This document shows, in pieces, positions 12,579-26,650 of a stretch of DNA of 64,000 nt; positions within the stretch are counted from its first letter, which is position 1, and each line of letters opens with the position of its first letter. The notes under the pieces were generated by a model. It was not told where the DNA came from. It did not search any database and saw only the letters and a list, made by a program, of their open reading frames with translations. This DNA is from Octopus sinensis (lineage: Eukaryota), in assembly GCF_006345805.1 (NCBI RefSeq), contig NC_043007.1, forward strand, positions 43,524,001-43,588,000, in the 5' to 3' direction. The position numbers and the translations under genes were made by a program.

Positions 12579-12887
12579 TATGTGTTCAATAATGTACATA
12601 TTCTTAATACACTCTGGTTGATTCGAACGTGAATACGTAAATCGCTGTTGTAGTTTTATTTCTATAACTTCTCTCATAACTATTCTGTCATTTACTATCT
12701 TTCTCCCTCTACCTCTGTCTCCATCATTCTTTCTCTCTCTCTCTCTCTGTGTAGCGTTCTATAGTCATTGCCTGCACCAAAGTCGAGAATGTGCACTCAT
12801 CCTGCACCTCTTATGTTAATTCTCACTGTATTTCTCTTGTATTCTCTCTACTCTATTCTTCCTGCAATGTAAAGCATGAGTGGAGAA

Positions 12888-13205
12888 ACCAACCAACCAA
12901 CCAACCAACCAGCTAACCAACCAACCAACCAACCAACCGACCAACCACCAACCAACCAACCACCAACCAACCAACCAACCGACCAACCAACCAACCGACC
13001 AACCAACCAACCAACCGACCGACCGACCGACCGACCAACCGACCAACCGACCGACCGACCGACAGACCAATCAACCAACCAACCAGCCAACCAACCAAAC
13101 AAACAACCGACCGACCGACCAACCGACCAACCAACCAACCGACCAACCGACCAACTGACCAACCAACCAACCAGCCAACCGACCAACCAATCAACCAACC
13201 AACCA
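12888..13205. repeat. Compound (CCAA)n/(CCGA)n tetranucleotide microsatellite
   Basis: Visible directly; explains the NQPT/VGWL ORFs. Confidence 0.95.
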
Positions 13206-14773
13206 TCGGCTATAATTATATACAAATTTTGGAAGGTTCGGAGCGCCTATCGTGAGTACTTATATTTTACACTCCGTCATCTTCAAAGTTTGAAATATTG
13301 CTCATGGATCCTCAGTATACTTTTGTTGATCCCCCGGTCCCAGTGCTCTGCAGACCACAAATTGACACGCAGTGATCAAAGTGGACTAATAGTTTAAACA
13401 GGCAATAACGAAAGATATCTAACGGCGGAAGAATATAATTCTTAGTTTATCTATTTTCTGCACAACCCAAGGTTATTCAGAACTGGAATATATTTTAGCT
13501 TCACGTAGAAGAAATTAAAGCGTAAACACATTCTGTGTTGATGTGCGGAAAAAGGAGTCTCCAAAAGATTCGTTTCACGGATTTTTGACCACTCCTCGTG
13601 GAAAATATACCCAGAATTCCGTTCTCTATCAATAGCATTGATTAGCTACTTGTAAAGCAGTGATGTATAAGGTAGACAATATAGAGGGGTGCCTGACTTG
13701 CATATTTGTGCTTTTGATGGCTCGTCGAATTCTCTCTTCACCAGCCTGTTCTGGTACAGTATTATCTCACCCCTCCTATATATACATATATATATACACA
13801 CACACACATATGTACATACACTAAACAATTTTTCTTTTGTTGTTCTTTCCAACCAAAATCTAAAAGCTGCCATATAAAATTGTCTTGCGTTAAATATAAA
13901 TTCAAATGTATTTTGTTTTCACTGTCTTGTTTCACTGTTTTGTTTCACTGTTTTGTTTCAGTATTTTGTTTCACTGTTTTGTTTGACTTGCTGTAATCGT
14001 TTGCCGATCACAAATTATACCAAATTATCGAATTATCCAAATCATTGAATCTGATAGAATAATACTAATAGCCCACTTTTTTTTGTTGTTATTTCTCTAG
14101 TCAATAATGGGATAAGCTTAAGACATAACTCACAAACTACATTGACTTTTCTTTTTCCTTATCTTCTTCCTCGCTGTTAAAATGCAAATGGCGTTAAAAC
14201 AAGAAAATAACTGGTAAATACGGGAAATTTCTCTTCTATTTTATTTTATTACAACGATATTTGTATAATCGTTACATAAAATTTCGTGTGAACATTCACT
14301 GTTTCCTATATATGAGGTGACAAATCTTGTCTAAGAAAATGGCTGGCTGCAAGTACATGTCATTGACAAGGTCACGAAAGGCCGAAATAGGAATTAGAAA
14401 TTAACAGCGTACTCATGAGGCTAGTTATAAAACTAATCTTGAGATTTTTTAATAGATATTTTGCAGGCACTGCTAGTTTATATTTGTTTCTCTATGCGGC
14501 ATATAAACTTATGTAAATTTCTACTGAGTCAACTCTATCTTCCAATGATTACAAGATCGTAAATCTCAAAGGTTTAGGGGCTGAAAGGAAAGAAAATTTC
14601 TGCTAGTTTGTGTTGAAATCGTTTTTTTCGGCTAGACGTTTCAACGATATTTTGTTGAGTTGAATTCTGTTTCTTCGACCACTGACTTGGTCAGAGTTAT
14701 GTAAAACACGTCTTGTCTCAACGATATCCGACACTGTACATCCAACATTCTCGTTAACCGCTGCTTACATATT

Positions 14774-14817
<44 letters not shown>

Positions 14818-14821
<4 letters not shown>

Positions 14822-14970
14822 CGGTGTGTCCTCGTTTTGCGCTAAAACGGCTCGACCGATTTTTCTTAAACTTCACACTCAGCCTAATAGTCTGATCACT
14901 AGGTTACTGATATACAAATAAACCGGATAGTAGTAACAGGAATACCTATGGTCATAGGTTTGCACGCTAA
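14818..14970 (+). mobile_element. Possible Helentron/HINE (DINE-1-like) non-autonomous fragment
   Basis: (GT)n followed by aaaacggctcgaccgatttttcttaaacttcac, resembling the post-microsatellite motif of DINE-1-like elements (from memory). Confidence 0.35.
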
Positions 14971-15021
14971 ACATCATCATCATCATCATCATCGTCATCG
15001 TCATCGTCGTCATCGTCATCG

Positions 15022-15062
<41 letters not shown>

Positions 15063-15714
15063 GTCACCAACAAAAACAACAGAAATATCAGTAACAGCAG
15101 CAGTAGTAGCAACAGCAGCAACGACAGCAATAGCAACAACAAAATCTTGTCAAATTTCTTCCATCCACTTGAAGTTTTTAAAATTTTCACCAAATTTCAC
15201 AATGTTTCATTAAAAAAAAAATTTTTTATGTTATGGAGTAGTTTAAGGAATATTTGCCTGTTAGTTCTAGAAAGTTACGAGACCTCATAACGGTTTCATG
15301 TGTTCTGACCTCCATGCCAATTTGATAAACTTTAAGGGGTTGGAAGAAATTTAACATGATCGCAGCAATAACAACAGCCACAACAACACCTTCATTCTCA
15401 TCTTTACTGGTCACATAATCCTATAAAAGACTGCAGTATATTATTCTTTCTTCATCTCTTAATTAAGGTCAGTGTTGCTTAGCTCCTGGTCTGTTTTGAC
15501 CATTACATTCAGGCCTTGGAACTCTGTCACTGTGTACGGTTTATGTGCAGCCACCGACTTGAAACAGTTCAAACAGAGCGTTGAGTCGATCATTATCGTA
15601 GCCTAATGAGGATCTAGAATAAAAAACGGGATGGTCACTACTAGAACCCCTTTCGATCATTGATCTCTTCAATCATAGCTAAAAGGAGGTTAAGCAAAAA
15701 CTACAGCAACAACA

Positions 15715-15975
15715 TCCCTCTGATGCTCGCTCCTTGCCGTGGTGGAATGACTTGCGTAGACTAATGACTCTGGGAGCGATGTCGCTGGGAGTTCTAAACT
15801 CTTGGTAGGGCCACTCTTGGCGGCAAAGTCGAAGACGAGGACCCAGACTAAGTGCGACCGATCCCCAAAGACTCCAACGGTATAACAAGCAGATGTTGAT
15901 TACAACAGATCTCAATGCTTGAACCCGCAGATGAAGAGGGTTACGCATGACGGACATGCGACAGAAGGCGCCACT
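15715..15975 (+). mobile_element. RTE-type LINE 5' UTR fragment
   Basis: ccttgccgtggtggaatgacttgcgt...atgactctgggagcgatg..gggagtt...ctcttggtagggccact...cagactaag resembles the conserved RTE/BovB 5' end (from memory). Confidence 0.55.
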
Positions 15976-18497
15976 CAAAACTATAATCGGGTAAAAAAAA
16001 ACAAAAAAAATCTATAACAGCAACGATAACAACAGCAGCTACAGCAGCAGCAGTAGCATCATCATCATCATCATCATTATCATCATCAACAACAACAACA
16101 ACAACAACAAAAACAACAACAACAACAGCATCTGTAGCAGCAGCACCACAAACAATAAAAATCACGATAACTGCAGAAATATGACAAACACAGTATTACT
16201 TGATACAGTGATAGTGGTAGATCTCCGACGAGGAATCAGCCGATCGATCAACTGAATTACCTGCTCCTGAATCCGCATGTAAATAGTTGAGTATTCCGGT
16301 GGTACGTTATCCTTAACGTAACTCTTAAGCAGAATCAGTGTAACACAGTGTGTGTCATAAGGGTGGACCTTGTAAACCCGACGAGTTTCCGTCTACTCCT
16401 TTTCACTCACAAAGTATGGGTTGACTCGAGGCTAGAGATAATATTTGCCGAAGATGGTATGCAATGGGATCGAACCCAGGATTTCGTGGCTGCAAAGCGA
16501 ACTTCTTAACTATTTGACCCTATTGCAGCTATACTGTCCCTACACCTGTTACAGTAATCTGCAACGTATGGGCTTTATAGATACATTAGATCGACGAAGG
16601 ACCTCCTGAACATTTCTTCTTGTAAAGAAGGGGCTGTAAGTGTGGTTGCGTTTTCTGAGTGGATTCGAAATCAGTGTTTCTTTTCCTTCCTGTAGTCAAC
16701 GTTATTTACAGGAAGCAAATTGACAGAGAAATTGACTTATATTCGTTTGTTGAAGAAAAAGAAATAAAAAAAATACATGCAAAAATCAATACAAAATAAG
16801 ATTGCTGATTGAACTTCTGTATTTAGAAATGAATCATAAAAATTTGAACAAAAAAAAAAGAAATGCTGAAACTAAAAACAAAGCAAAAATAACATAAAAG
16901 ATAGAAGAAAATATAAAATGAGAAAACTTTGGAAAAAGTAACTCAGAAGAAATAAAAACAAATAAATCAAGAATGTAATTTCCTTGTCTTTAGAAGCTTT
17001 AAAAAAATAACACAAAAAATTTTTTTTTTCATTATTTACAATGTCACTCGGTTGAAATCTAAACAATCTGTTTTAGCAGTTATAGCGATAATGATTCTAA
17101 TGAGTAATTAAGATTAAAGTACCAAATGTAGGGGAATGTCACCGATTTTCCTATTGCTTACGCATTTCATTTGAATTTTGTTTACCGAGTTCTTAGCTAT
17201 AATTTGTCGCACATGGAAACAAATTAATCAAACTGTTTATTTGAAAGTATTTCACTTGTAAATAATTACTGTATTACAAACACGAATGAATGTACAAGAG
17301 AAACTAATTATCTAGTCGTAACTTCGTTTGTTTGTACAGTTTCCAGCTTCCATTTATTATTATAATCCGAAATACCTGTCTCCTATGTCTTGTTAATAAA
17401 TCATGGTTTCTTAGTAACGAAATTTTTTTCCAACATCTACTTGTATAAATTTTATTTCAGAAAATTTATAAAATGTAATCAAATGATATACAAAACGTAT
17501 TGTATTCTATGATTTCGTAATTTTACAGTTTTCAACCAGTTCTTCTCGTAACTCTTTTGATTGAATTTATTTTAATAATATAGTTATATAATATCATTGT
17601 TTGGTCATTATCATAAAATCTTCGAACAAAACGTCCGAATGATCTCACTTTCAAATAAAAGGTTTACCATTCAACGATATATTTAAATAAGAACAAGTCC
17701 AGTGAACTTAAATCTAGGGACCTATCTACCTTCTAGAAATAACAGATAAATGTGTTCCAAATCCCACCACACTATCATAAGAATGAACGAATATGATGTA
17801 TAACGTAGTTCTAGATGTATATTATATTTATTATGCCAAAATGAAACTGAGATAGTCACTGCAGGAAATATGGTTGAACTATGAAAATTCGACCCAGCAA
17901 TGTTCATTGAATCACCAGACGAATGATCAAATATGTCCGAAGGTGTGAGTCGTTGTATCTGTATAATAGCGTGAAGTTTGATGGAGTATACCGGATACTG
18001 TAAATAAACATTTGCTCAGCATATATAAGATTAGCTCGATTTGAGAATGGGAAATATTTTCAAGAAACAGGAATTTTCCAAAATTGACACGAAGGAAAAG
18101 AACAGGCTACTGTCAGGAGGCAAGAGCGCAGTCGTGGACATGTACTTCTGGCCCAACAACCATCATCCGCACGGTCATTGTTCAACTTATCTCCGGCAGT
18201 CAACAGATTTAGACTTATGCAAAAAAGGGAGTAGAACTCATTAATGGTCTACGTAACTTACATAATTTGATCAAAAATTGGCCCAGAGAACTCCCCACAA
18301 TACGAAGAGAACTTCCCCAAGGCATAAAACCACACATAGCTTTGTGTGTGTTGTGTGTGTGTTAATGTGTGTGTGTGTGTGTATTTGTGTAAACGTGTGT
18401 ATGAGTGTGAATATGTCTGTATTTGTGTGTGTATATGTATTTATATATAGTTATATATAAATGTATGTATGTGTCTATGTATATATATGCTTCTGAG

Positions 18498-18564
<67 letters not shown>

Positions 18565-19139
18565 CAAATATGCTTCAATTTCCAAGTTTCTTTTTGTGTG
18601 CAATCATGTGTTGATACTCTCGTCATTATAATTAAAGTTTAAAGATCCATGACTGTTCTTTAATTGGCAAAAATTATCGTTGCATGCTGTGTTTTATTAA
18701 TTGGCGAAATGCTCTCAAGGATCTTCTTTAAACTGCATGTTTGTATGTGTATGCATGTGTGTACGTATGTGTGCATGTATGTGTGTGTGTGTGTGTGTGT
18801 GTGCATGTACGTGTGCATGTGTGTATATTCACGTATGTATGTGTATGCATGTACACGTGTGTGTCTGTGTTTATGCATGTACGTGTGTATGTACGTGCGC
18901 ATGTGTGCATATTCATGTATGCATGTGTGCGCATGTATGCGTGTGTGTATCTGGGCTTATTTATGTATATGTGGATGTATGTATGCATGTATGCACGTAT
19001 ATATGTATACGTGTGTGTATGTCCGTATGCGTTTGCCTGTATGTAAATATGCGTGTTTTCTTTTCCTCTTTTTTTGTTTATTTAGAGTTAATTTTGACAG
19101 TCCACTAACTCAGTAGCAAGATTATAAAAGAAAGCATTT

Positions 19140-19330
19140 AGTTTTATTCATCATCTTAAGAAGATTTTTCAGGTTTTTGTTACCTCTGATGTGGTTATTT
19201 GTAGCGTATGAATTAAGGAGTGGTACTCCCTTACCAAGAACCCATGCTCAGCTGCTGGTCCAGTCTTAATACGTATGAAGCAGAAAGTGTATCTTGGATA
19301 TTGGATTTGCAAACTCTTTATCAACGATCT
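19140..19330 (-). mobile_element. R4/Dong-like (restriction-like endonuclease) non-LTR C-terminal fragment
   Basis: SLQIQYPRYTF...LIHTLQIT...TK; homologous to 56885-57067. Confidence 0.55.
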
Positions 19331-19476
19331 GACAACAGAGTGCATATGCATATGTATGCGCGCTTGCTTGCTTACGCGTGTGCGTGTGCGCGCTTGCGTG
19401 CGTATGTATGTGTGTAAGTGTGTATGTATGTTTGTGCATGTATGCTTGTGAGTACGTGTGTATGTATGCATGTATG

Positions 19477-19510
<34 letters not shown>

Positions 19511-20593
19511 TGTATTTCAGGTTACTTGTGAGAGCTACTGGTAGTAGGTAACCCAATGCAACCTGCTGCATGGTCGGGACGTTGGTGACTAAACTGACAA
19601 CTCCACTAAAATCGTTTAGTGAGGAGTGGGATATGACACCCTGCAAGATGAAAAAACAAAAACTGTCGGACTCATTAAAGTCAACAGCCATCCAGTACTG
19701 TGAACACAAGCTTGGTCCTGATATATCTCATGGTCAGCAGTAGTTCCTGCAGTTACCATCAACAAACCGGTGACTTTGGTGCAGAAAATATAGTGGCTGC
19801 GCAGAGGCTTGACACGTTTTCAGCAATGGTCAGGTAAACGAGGTGGTATCAAAAAGATCCCGGACTAGTTCTGTAGCGCGCCAACTGATGGCAGCACATG
19901 GCTAGTAGCGACCAGTGTGTATGTATGTGCATGTTTGTATGTATATGTGTGCGTGTGTGTTGTGTTGTGTGTGCGTGTGTGTTGTGTGTGTGTGTGTGTG
20001 TGTGTGAGGTCGCTCTTGTACTGCTGGTTACGTAACTCAGTGCAATCAGTCTCTTGATAAGGAAGAGAGTTTCGTCGGATACCCTGCAGGATGAAATTTA
20101 AGACCTGCCAAAGGGCGAATGAACTCAGTAGAGTCAACGGCCATGCAACAACTAATAGAGACCCCTAATCTTTATTCAGACAACTTTCTTGAAGGAAAAC
20201 TCTGAATATAAAACCTGCGACATCGCTTGTATACAATGATGTAGACTAGTTTTGTATATTTTTAACTCTAGTTTTTACAGAGTTGAAAAAGCTTCAATTA
20301 CTGACATCGTTTAATTTTTAACATCTCTATTATGCGTTGCATTTTGTGGTTGAATGTAGACAAAACAGGTAAAACACTCAATTAAATCGTCTCTGAGGAA
20401 CTCGAGATTGTGTCACTTTTGGTGTTAAGCTCTCTGAACGCCAACTGCAAGAGGCGCCCATCCTTACCATATCTGTTCAAAAGAATGTAGGTCCCTAGCA
20501 GGACTGAAAAGCCAAAATCCGTTCTGCATTAAAGGAGCAATCTATCTATGACACTGCTTGAAATCAAGTGGCAACTATCATGCGTGCGAATGT

Positions 20594-20672
<79 letters not shown>

Positions 20673-20799
20673 TGTGTGGGTATGCATGTATGTACGTATC
20701 TATGTGTCCATGTATATATGTATGTGCGCATGTATGTATGTATGCGCGTATGCGTGCATGTATGTATATGTATGCATGTTTGTATGTATGCATGTATTA

Positions 20800-20830
<31 letters not shown>

Positions 20831-21251
20831 CTATATATCTACACACACGCACACACACCATAATGTAAAGGTGTTTATTATATGTCAGAGTATATTAAAC
20901 GTTAAAACAATGTATAAAGTAGAACTCAATATGAGGTACATATTTTTGTTTATATAATAAGTAATTAAGACAGTTATGATTTTCGCTGTGCCAGGTCATA
21001 TCCAACTAGGTACAGCTTCAGACAGTAGCCCACATGAATCTAAAATTTCGTACGTGACCTTTTGGCAGACCATTATCACTATAGCTATTCAGTTTTATCA
21101 GTGGAACCTAACTCCAACACTATATATAAAAAAGCAATAGTGATGATTGCGTGCCAAAAGTTGAACGCTCGCAATCTCTGTCATATCGTTGCTGATATAA
21201 AAGTTGGTTGGTGGGCAAATTCGTGTTGTTACGCTTTGCATCGTATGGAGA

Positions 21252-21316
<65 letters not shown>

Positions 21317-21904
21317 AATATAAGAAATACAGGATGACTACACTTACTGGACTTAATGGAAAGCAACGAGTAAAGGAACGCTACTCGTGCACACTCACAT
21401 GTAGTGAGAGAGTAAGAATCCTGGAGACAGATGATGATGATGATGAGGAGGAGGAGGAAGAGGAGAAAGAAGTACACGACAGAGTAATAAATATTTTTCG
21501 TTTTAAAACTAGTATTCATTTCCTCATTTTGTATAAACACCAATAAATTTGATAAAAGTTGAATTATAATTACTGTGTGTATATGTCGTATTTTCTAATA
21601 TTATCCATATTAGCAAAAGTATAATTCCAAAGTTATCTATCATATGACGGGTAATAGTCTAGTATATAAACAAAAAACACTAGACTAATATAAACACATC
21701 AGTTAGAATGCTGTAAAGGGATAAATTGCATTCCTAAAAATATGTTCGGATTGTGAATTTTATATTCGGAGTAATATTTTCTACTATTGTCATTAAAATT
21801 TTATTTTATTTCAAAGCACATTTTGCCGGAAACAAATATCATACCAAAATACATAGTAATATTTTTTGGAATTTCTACACATTTCTTGGTCATTTTATGC
21901 AACT

Positions 21905-21993
<89 letters not shown>

Positions 21994-22575
21994 CCACATA
22001 CTGAGGGTTTTCGTTTTTGCATACTAATTGCCTTGAATTTTGTTCTAACGGCAATTCATTAAATTGAAATAATCTACCTTGCTGATTAATTATTCGTTTC
22101 TTTAATTCATTCTTTTCTCTTTTGTTTTTTCATGAACAGATATAATTTTGCTTGATATAATTAATTAGTTTTTTTAATTAAAAAAATTGATGCAGCAAAG
22201 TCTCCAGTTTATTCCAATGATTAAGCTCGCCATTAAAACAAACTGATAATGAATATTCATCACGTGCTTAAAGAAGGAATTTAGTGAAAATAATGTAATT
22301 AAAACGATATTTCTAAGATGAACATTACAGCATGTTGTGGTCATAATTATACATAATTCACAGTATTTTTGCTGATGAATATCTTTTTATGTCCATCAGG
22401 TGGTTCAAGAAAATGATGATTGATAGCCGAGACACAAGGAATCTTCACCGGATGTTTGATTTTAAATATCTAGCTCATTCATACTTCGCTGTCATGAATT
22501 CATGTTGTTGTTGTTATTCTTGGGACTAAAGTTTAATCTGAAGTCAACAGTGATTGAAAGATACATAAATAAATC

Positions 22576-22615
<40 letters not shown>

Positions 22616-23002
22616 GGGAGGGAGAGAGAAAGAGAGAGAGAGGGAGGAAGAAAGGGAAACTCTTCGTCAAAGATACTAAAACGATGACAATTACATCTTT
22701 TTAATGAAATGGTTTGCTTAAGACTACATCACACTGGAAATACACTTGCCATACGCCTTTCAAACCAACAGGACAGGATGGGATATGAGGAACGTGTATC
22801 TGCTACCTTTAACCAGTCGAATAACAATATAGAAACGCCCTCTTCGTCAACATATATTTCAAATTTCATTTATTCGAGATTAATAAAATGATACCAATGA
22901 TATACTGTTATTTAACTCATCTTTAGCCTATACCTTTACACTTACTTCAGAAGAGATTCTGCTCTATATAGCTCAGTCTTTACTGTGATGATGAAGTATT
23001 TA

Positions 23003-23183
23003 CATTATTTACATTATTTACATTTGATGAATATTTGTCCTCATCTTGTTTGTTGTTAACACAATGTTTCGGCTGATATACCCTCCAGCCTTCATCAGGT
23101 GTCTTGGGGAAATTTCGAACCTGGGTTCTCATTCCTAAGATATTTTTCGATGTTGTTGTTGTTGTTGTTATTATTATTATTAC

Positions 23184-23262
<79 letters not shown>

Positions 23263-23498
23263 TTAATTATTATTATTATTTTAATTATTATTATTATTCA
23301 GGTTACTGCTTGGAATTGAACTCGGAATCTTGGGGTTAGTAGCCCGCGCTCTTAACCGGGCATATGGCGTAGTGGTTAAGAGTCCGGGCTACTAACCTCA
23401 AGATTCCGAGTTCGATTCCAAGCAGTGACCTGAATAATAATAATATCCGTCAAAGGTAAATAATGTATATAATTACTCATCTCTTAAATATAGAACTG
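23003..23498. mobile_element. Inverted composite of a tRNA-headed, HHR-bearing SINE-like element
   Basis: Minus copy 23003-23357 and plus copy 23358-23498 lie head to head. Flanked by a 13-bp direct repeat GATGAAGTATTTA at 22990-23002 and 23499-23511. Confidence 0.8.
23058..23103 (-). ncRNA. Minimal type I hammerhead ribozyme (PLE-style)
   Basis: Minus strand GACAC CUGAUGA A GGCUG GAGGGUAUAU CAGCC GAAA CA U U GUGUU. Stem I 5 bp, stem II 5 bp, 1-bp stem III, intact core. Confidence 0.75.
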
Positions 23499-24993
23499 GA
23501 TGAAGTATTTATTTTGCAAAGTATGATGTTGTGAATAAGTTTATCAACATATCCGAAGCGGTTTGAAGATTAAAGCTGAAGCGAACCTTAGTATAGTCAA
23601 TTTCTTACTTATTAAGTCTAGATTTAGGTGCCGATAAATACTATTCTTAAGTAACCTAATGAGAAATTCCAATATATTAACATAAATTCCGACTATCTCC
23701 CAATAAATAAAAGCCTTTAGTAATATCAGTGCGGATATATCGAGTTTATCTTCCAGTAAGAAATTCTTTTACAGTGCTGCTAATTAGTACACTGAGGCAT
23801 TGAAAGACGATAGATTTATAGCTAAAATCCACCACGTACAGAATTTATAGATAAAATCCACCACGTACAGAAAAATACTAATATTTATAAATGCAAAAAA
23901 TGAAAATAAACTGTTAAATGTTACCATCCACCCCATAGTTTAAATGTGTGTTCTATGATTTACCTAAACCTTATAAATAGGCATTTTATCATAGATCACA
24001 AATATTTAATAGAAATAGTATTGAGGTAAGTTACAGCTGCCCTCAAAATGTCGTTAATTCCCTTGCTACATAAACGGAAGAAAATTTTCTTGTACATGCA
24101 CCGAACTCTTCCCTTTTATATAATTGCAACAGCTCTTATATCTGGTACGTCTTTCTAAAAGAGCTAAGGCTTCTCTAACAGATTAAACAAAAGTTATATT
24201 GGGCTCGCTCAGAAAATATTAAAAGATGTTTCTCGCAACATATTGTTACGAACCTGCCGTCGCTCAACTCGAACCCGGGACCCTACTAAGTCGAGCGACG
24301 ATGATGACCAGGCTCAGTCAAACGGAATCCGCCAAAGAAAACGGTGATGGGGATGGCAGCGAACTCAAACCGGTAACCGGAGATAACAACAACAACAACA
24401 ACAACAGGAAGAGAGAGAGAGACGGCGGAAGGCAGTTGCTTACATTTAACAACAGTTTATACAATTGTTACAACATCAAATAAAACGTGAAACATCAGAT
24501 ATATTAAAGAAAATACAGAATTAAAAAGAAAAACAACTAATGCATTTAAACATAACACGACGTTCGAAAACAATCAAAACGCAATACAGAGTTCGAAAAA
24601 TAGTTCAAATTAAAGTCTTTCTCTTTTCTTCTTTCTTTCTTTAACACAATGTTCTTTTCCCTTCTTTTTCTTTCTTTTCCACAGTTCTCTTTTTTTGACA
24701 CAATTCTTTTTCTTTTTTTTACAACAGATTACAGTTTACGTCACAATTCTTTTTTAAAGTTCTTTTCTTTCAACGCACATCAACACCAAAATTCAACAAC
24801 AAAAAAACATAAACAAAACATTACCGAACGTTTTCGAGTCTGCAACAATTTCAGATCCTACTACAACAATCTATGCCTTCTCGCCGTAATCTCTCTCAGT
24901 TCCTTTCCGCTTGACATGTCCTCAATACTATCTGCCTGTCCTTCTCGCCTCTTGCCAACTGTCATCTCTGCATCGACCCTTACGCCAACTACC

Positions 24994-25089
24994 CTGTTGC
25001 CAACTCAACTCCTCTCGTCAACTGATCTGTTGCCAACTCAACTCCTCTCGCCAACTGATCTGTTGCCAACTGATCTGTTGCCAACTGAT
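24994..25089. repeat. Short tandem repeat of 33-bp and 15-bp units (ctgttgccaact...)
   Basis: Visible directly; gives LLPTQLLS/TDLLP in ORF 24649..25125. Confidence 0.8.
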
Positions 25090-26299
25090 CAACAAACCCC
25101 CAGCTCGCTGCATTTTAAAGGGTAGCATTTTAATTTTTTTCTTTAAACTTTGCTTGACCGGATAAGGGTCAGATGTATCTTCCAACCTCATTAATTTCCC
25201 TAGAAAATGACAGGACCAAAAGCTTTTCCCAGTCTGTCCGGCGCCAAACCACGAAACTAGGTCACAGCACTTTTTCTCTATTTTGACCTTCATATCAATA
25301 TGATATATGTACATTCAGGAACTTAGAATGATACCTCATACTTCACTGTCTAAATATATCTGGAGTCTAAAGGAGAAGTAAATTAGTAATTATATCTTAG
25401 GTGTTATCAGTTCCATTTACACAGACGTGAGTAGCCAGCTCTGTCATACAGACACGAGCAACTAACATTTAAACAAATTTGGCTGCTATTTTTAGCGTCT
25501 TAAAGACGGATATACACACTGGACTGTGTAGGCTGGAATGCTTTTGATCATAAGTCATAAATGGTCTGGGTTCAATAACGAAAACAAAAAATCATATTCT
25601 GAATTTATTATCCTCATCTTTAGAATGTATATTTACAATGTTTAAATATCAAATTATTACTTTGATTGGTTTAACCCCCGATCAGTATCAGCTGTCTTTT
25701 CCTGCATATAGGCATGACTCCAGACTGTGGAAATGTGAATATATCGAGGAATCCGATGGAAATGTGACGTAGATATTGTAAATGTTGTCCAATAACTTAG
25801 CAGTTCGATATATATTGATACACGAAATGAATAGCAGGTTAAAATACATAGTAGGGTCGATACTATCGATTAATACTATCGAGGGTTGTGCCCTAGCATA
25901 GTCAAAGTTCGTGACTGAGACAAGTAAAAGAATGAAAAATATACTACTTTAAAAGTAAAGTTACTGGATCACTATGCTATAAATGTTTGGCGCTGATGAG
26001 ATATTCATGAATTATAGATTAATTGCTATTCATAGCAACTAGTTTTACCGACAAGGAAGCATCTGATCGATAGTTCAATCTGCTAGAACAAGGAGCCCAA
26101 ATCTCTCTGAAATTAGACCTCACCTTCTTATATGGTCACAACTGGAATGTTTTTGATCATAAATTCCTGGATCAGAACTGACCTTGGCTTAAGCAGTGAG
26201 TTATGTATTATCTATGTAGTCATTCGAACTGCAAAAAATAACAGCAAAATCTCCCTCAAATTATAAATTGTTGTCTTAAATATTAGACTTTGCTTTATG

Positions 26300-26650
26300 C
26301 CTTATCTCCAGTGATGGTCACTCATAGAGATTTCACATACTTAACATTGCAAAAACTTCATCACAAAGACTGGCCTTTCTTTTCAAGATCTCAAAATACT
26401 TCAGTTTCGACAACAAAACTCAAGTGTGATTCATAATGGAATATTCTCCAGTATCTGGGGCTGCTGCTGCTGCTGCTGCTGTTGCTGTACACACAGATAC
26501 CTTAGACAACATCCAAGAAGAGTGAGGCCACGAAGCTTTTGGTATGTAGTCGTTCGCAAACACGCTCTGTTCTTTGACTCACAGAAGTGAAGTCTCTTCA
26601 TTCTTCATGTTCTGTTGCTGTTACAATAACCTCTGCTCTCCGGAGCTGGC
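26300..26650 (+). mobile_element. CR1/L2/Jockey-group LINE ORF2 3' fragment, decayed
   Basis: TQV*FIMEYS...GAA...TLDNIQ...LCSLTHRSEVSS..F...YNNLCSPELA matches the post-RT QVRP.MEY / L.HRR.V.SL / CS.EL pattern. Confidence 0.65.

Noticed and set aside
19520-20140. Possible HDV-like ribozyme in a duplicated, RTE-5'-like segment
   Set aside because: I could not assign P1-P4 or the L3 consensus, and even the RTE identity is tentative.
23358-23432. Possible true tRNA gene
   Set aside because: It has A and B boxes but no proper acceptor stem, and it runs into (AAT)n and a SINE body; it is a SINE head.
24244-24475. Possible solo LTR (TGTTACG...TTACA)
   Set aside because: No matching TSD, primer-binding site or polypurine tract was found.
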